This document shows, one piece after another, positions 61,649 to 64,000 of a DNA stretch of 64,000 bases. The stretch is taken from positions 256,001 to 320,000 of the forward strand of contig OZ252243.1 of NCBI GenBank assembly GCA_965249555.1. The letters run 5' to 3'. How positions within the stretch are numbered: position 1 is the first letter of the stretch; every line of letters begins with the position of its first letter. The translations under genes were made by a program, and so were the position numbers. The notes under the pieces are model-generated. The model saw only the letters and a list, made by a program, of their open reading frames with translations. It had not been told where the DNA came from and ran no database searches. This DNA comes from Nitrosopumilus sp. (GTDB lineage: Archaea > Thermoproteota > Nitrososphaeria > Nitrososphaerales > Nitrosopumilaceae).

Positions 61649-62593
61649 TTACAAATTACCTGCTTTGATACCTTCAAGACATTGAATGACATCATCTTTT
61701 GATATTGGAATTGGGTTTGGATCCAAATGTCCTCTATCAGTCATAACAACATCTGCAGCTTCTGAAACATCAGCTTTGAGTTCTAATTTATCAAAACCAA
61801 GTTTTTCCATAGCTTCTTTGAATTTATCATAAAAGATTGACTTGTTATGCTTGTGCGCAATTGTAGTACAAGAAGACAGTGAATAGCCATGCGGTACACC
61901 TTCATTTGAGAATACATAGGACAAAGCATGTCCAAGTGTTGTAGAGCAATTTCCAAATCCCATTCCAGACAACATTGAACCATATGGATAATTTTCTGGT
62001 TTGTCATTCATAATTGCATCATAAAGAATCTCAAATGCTTGTTTACATAGAGTTCTAGTCAAGTCATTACCAAGTTTGCTATCATATCCCTCAGTAGCCT
62101 GAGCACATGCATCACAAACAGAATTTTTGAGGACTTGATCTGGAGTTCCATTCATAAAATATGAATCAACTACAGCCATGTCAGCCAAGAATCTGTCTTC
62201 GTGTAACAATTTCTTTTTTCCATCAAATTTCAGAACGCAATAAGTTGTCATTTCAGCTCCAGTTCCAAAGGTTGTTGGAATTAAGATCTTTTCTACTCCA
62301 AAATCTTGGGCAGCATATTTTACTACATCCATTGAACTTCCACCACCTAATCCAATTAGGACAGATGGCTTTTTGTCTTTGAATTCTGAAATCAAATTAT
62401 TGACATCATCAATTGATGGTTCAGGCTTTACTTTATCATACAGCATGTAATCCTTAATTCCCATTTTTGCTAACCATTTGTCAGAAAGTTCCGGAGGAAC
62501 TGTTGTGACAACAAGGGCATTTTTAGGATACTCTGTTTGACCAAGTGCATCTTCTCCAAAGTTGATAACTTTTGGAATGCGTACTGTGTGCAT
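61649..62593 (-). CDS. iron-containing alcohol dehydrogenase; probable malonic semialdehyde reductase of the thaumarchaeal 3HP/4HB cycle
   Basis: GGGSSMD, PTTFGTGAE, GHALSY, PHG; the specific function is inferred from recalled Nitrosopumilus gene order. Confidence 0.8.
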   Translation of the reverse strand: MHTVRIPKVINFGEDALGQTEYPKNALVVTTVPPELSDKWLAKMGIKDYMLYDKVKPEPSIDDVNNLISEFKDKKPSVLIGLGGGSSMDVVKYAAQDFGVEKILIPTTFGTGAEMTTYCVLKFDGKKKLLHEDRFLADMAVVDSYFMNGTPDQVLKNSVCDACAQATEGYDSKLGNDLTRTLCKQAFEILYDAIMNDKPENYPYGSMLSGMGFGNCSTTLGHALSYVFSNEGVPHGYSLSSCTTIAHKHNKSIFYDKFKEAMEKLGFDKLELKADVSEAADVVMTDRGHLDPNPIPISKDDVIQCLEGIKAGNL

Positions 62594-62646
62594 AAGTCAA
62601 AGACATTATTGATTATTATTATATCTTGCATTATTGAGTAAGTGGT

Positions 62647-63924
62647 ATGATCATCCAGAATTTCAATGATTTAGCAACTACTGATAAGAAAAAGGATTGT
62701 CTAGAAATTTTGGAAGCAGGTCTTCAAGCAGCAAACCCAGAAAACATCATTTCAAAATATGTGACACCTAATGAAATCAAGATTGGGAATAAACCAATCA
62801 ACATTGAAAAATATTCTAATATCTATTCTGTTGCATTTGGAAAAGCTGGCGATTCCATGACAAGCGCACTTAACGCAATAATTCCCATAAAAAGTGGAAT
62901 TGTGGTAATTCCCAAAGGTTCTAAATCGATAATCAAAGGTAAAAAGTTTCAAATTTTTAATTCCAGGCATCCTAAACCAGACCAAACAAGCGTAAAGGCA
63001 GCAAAAGAAGTCATGAAGTTTGTCCAAAATAAGCGAAGTGATGAATTAATAATTTTTCTTGTTTCAGGAGGAGGATCATCGCTTCTTGCAATGCCAAATG
63101 AAATAACACTTGATGATAAAATTCACGTTACAACTGTACTGTTAAAATCAGGTGCAACAATTCAAGAATTTAATTGTATTAGAAAGCATCTATCAAAAAT
63201 CAAAGGTGGTAAATTAGTTGAGAATATGAAATGCCAAGGAATAGGTCTGATAATGTCAGATGTGGAAGGAGATGATCTCTCATCTATTGCATCAGGAACA
63301 ACATACATGGATGATACTACATACACAGATGCATTAAAAATTATAGAAAAATATAAAATAAAATGGAAAATGCCCATAGAAGTTTTACAAATTCTAGAGA
63401 AGGGTAAAATAAAAGAAAGTTCAGAAACACCAAAGAAAGCAAAAATTAAAAATCAAATTATTGCAAACAATAATGATTGTCTAGAAGCAATGCAAAGAAA
63501 AGCTAAAGAAATAGGATATGAAGTTTGCACAATGCAGGTTTTTGGTGACATTAAAGATGTAGTGACAAAAATTCTTGAGAATATTTCAGAGAACCAAAAA
63601 AGATGTCTTATTTTTGGTGGTGAGCCAACAGTAAGAGTTCTTGGAAAAGGAATGGGAGGAAGAAATCAAGAACTGGTTTTACGAATATTAAAAAATACTC
63701 AAAAACTAAAAAAAATAGTCATTGCATCCATGGGTACAGATGGAATAGATGGAAATTCTATTTTTGCAGGAGCCATCACAGAGAACACCAGAATAGATTC
63801 ATCAGTAATGAAAGAATTTCTTAAAAATAGTGATTCAGGTAGATTCTTTCAAAAACAAAAAGGAAGTATCATAACTGGTTTTACTCACACAAATCTTATG
63901 GATATAGGCGTGATTTTGAGCTAA
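62647..63924 (+). CDS. glycerate 2-kinase (MOFRL family)
   Basis: FGKA, HPKPD, SGGGSSL, RKHLSKIKGG, GGRNQE, GTDGIDG, TNLMD. Confidence 0.92.
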   Translation: MIIQNFNDLATTDKKKDCLEILEAGLQAANPENIISKYVTPNEIKIGNKPINIEKYSNIYSVAFGKAGDSMTSALNAIIPIKSGIVVIPKGSKSIIKGKKFQIFNSRHPKPDQTSVKAAKEVMKFVQNKRSDELIIFLVSGGGSSLLAMPNEITLDDKIHVTTVLLKSGATIQEFNCIRKHLSKIKGGKLVENMKCQGIGLIMSDVEGDDLSSIASGTTYMDDTTYTDALKIIEKYKIKWKMPIEVLQILEKGKIKESSETPKKAKIKNQIIANNNDCLEAMQRKAKEIGYEVCTMQVFGDIKDVVTKILENISENQKRCLIFGGEPTVRVLGKGMGGRNQELVLRILKNTQKLKKIVIASMGTDGIDGNSIFAGAITENTRIDSSVMKEFLKNSDSGRFFQKQKGSIITGFTHTNLMDIGVILS

Positions 63925-64000
63925 AAATCATCATGGAAGAAAATTTTAAAAATATAGGAGAATCCCAATCGGGACATTTTTAATTTCAACAATCACAATG

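Noticed and set aside
1-64000. tRNA, rRNA or provirus
   Set aside because: No cloverleaf, rRNA-like GC-rich tract, integrase or virion genes recognised by eye; a tRNAscan-SE run would be needed to be certain.

Overview
AT-rich chromosomal segment of an ammonia-oxidising archaeon, most likely Nitrosopumilus-like (Nitrososphaerota). The assignment rests on gene content and order: PINA ATPase, aspS, ilvBN-leuA-leuB, stand-alone A/V-ATPase F, carAB, CdvC with a CdvB-like gene, citrate synthase, a Met-rich cupredoxin, uvrBAC, an F420-type LLM enzyme and an Fe-ADH. Core genes are intact, but many accessory genes are frameshifted or truncated. Main observations: (1) A complete IS110-family, IS1111-like element (26104-27432) has a non-coding end that folds into a two-loop bridge/seekRNA. 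Its guides match the reconstructed insertion site, which is a ~70-bp repeat found after three consecutive genes in a surface-protein island. (2) A DUF3800 RNase-H-like gene converges on a compact three-way-junction element that has its own TATA-like box and U-tract, a candidate protein-ncRNA system. (3) A 19-aa Ile/Val/Leu-rich uORF ending VVVLL lies directly upstream of ilvB and may be an archaeal attenuation leader. (4) A ~200-bp intergenic segment carries 9 AGCT sites and nested inverted repeats. (5) carA appears to need a non-canonical start codon, probably ATA. An IS66 element with an 8-bp TSD interrupts a membrane-protein gene. All family assignments come from motif recognition by eye; no searches were run.
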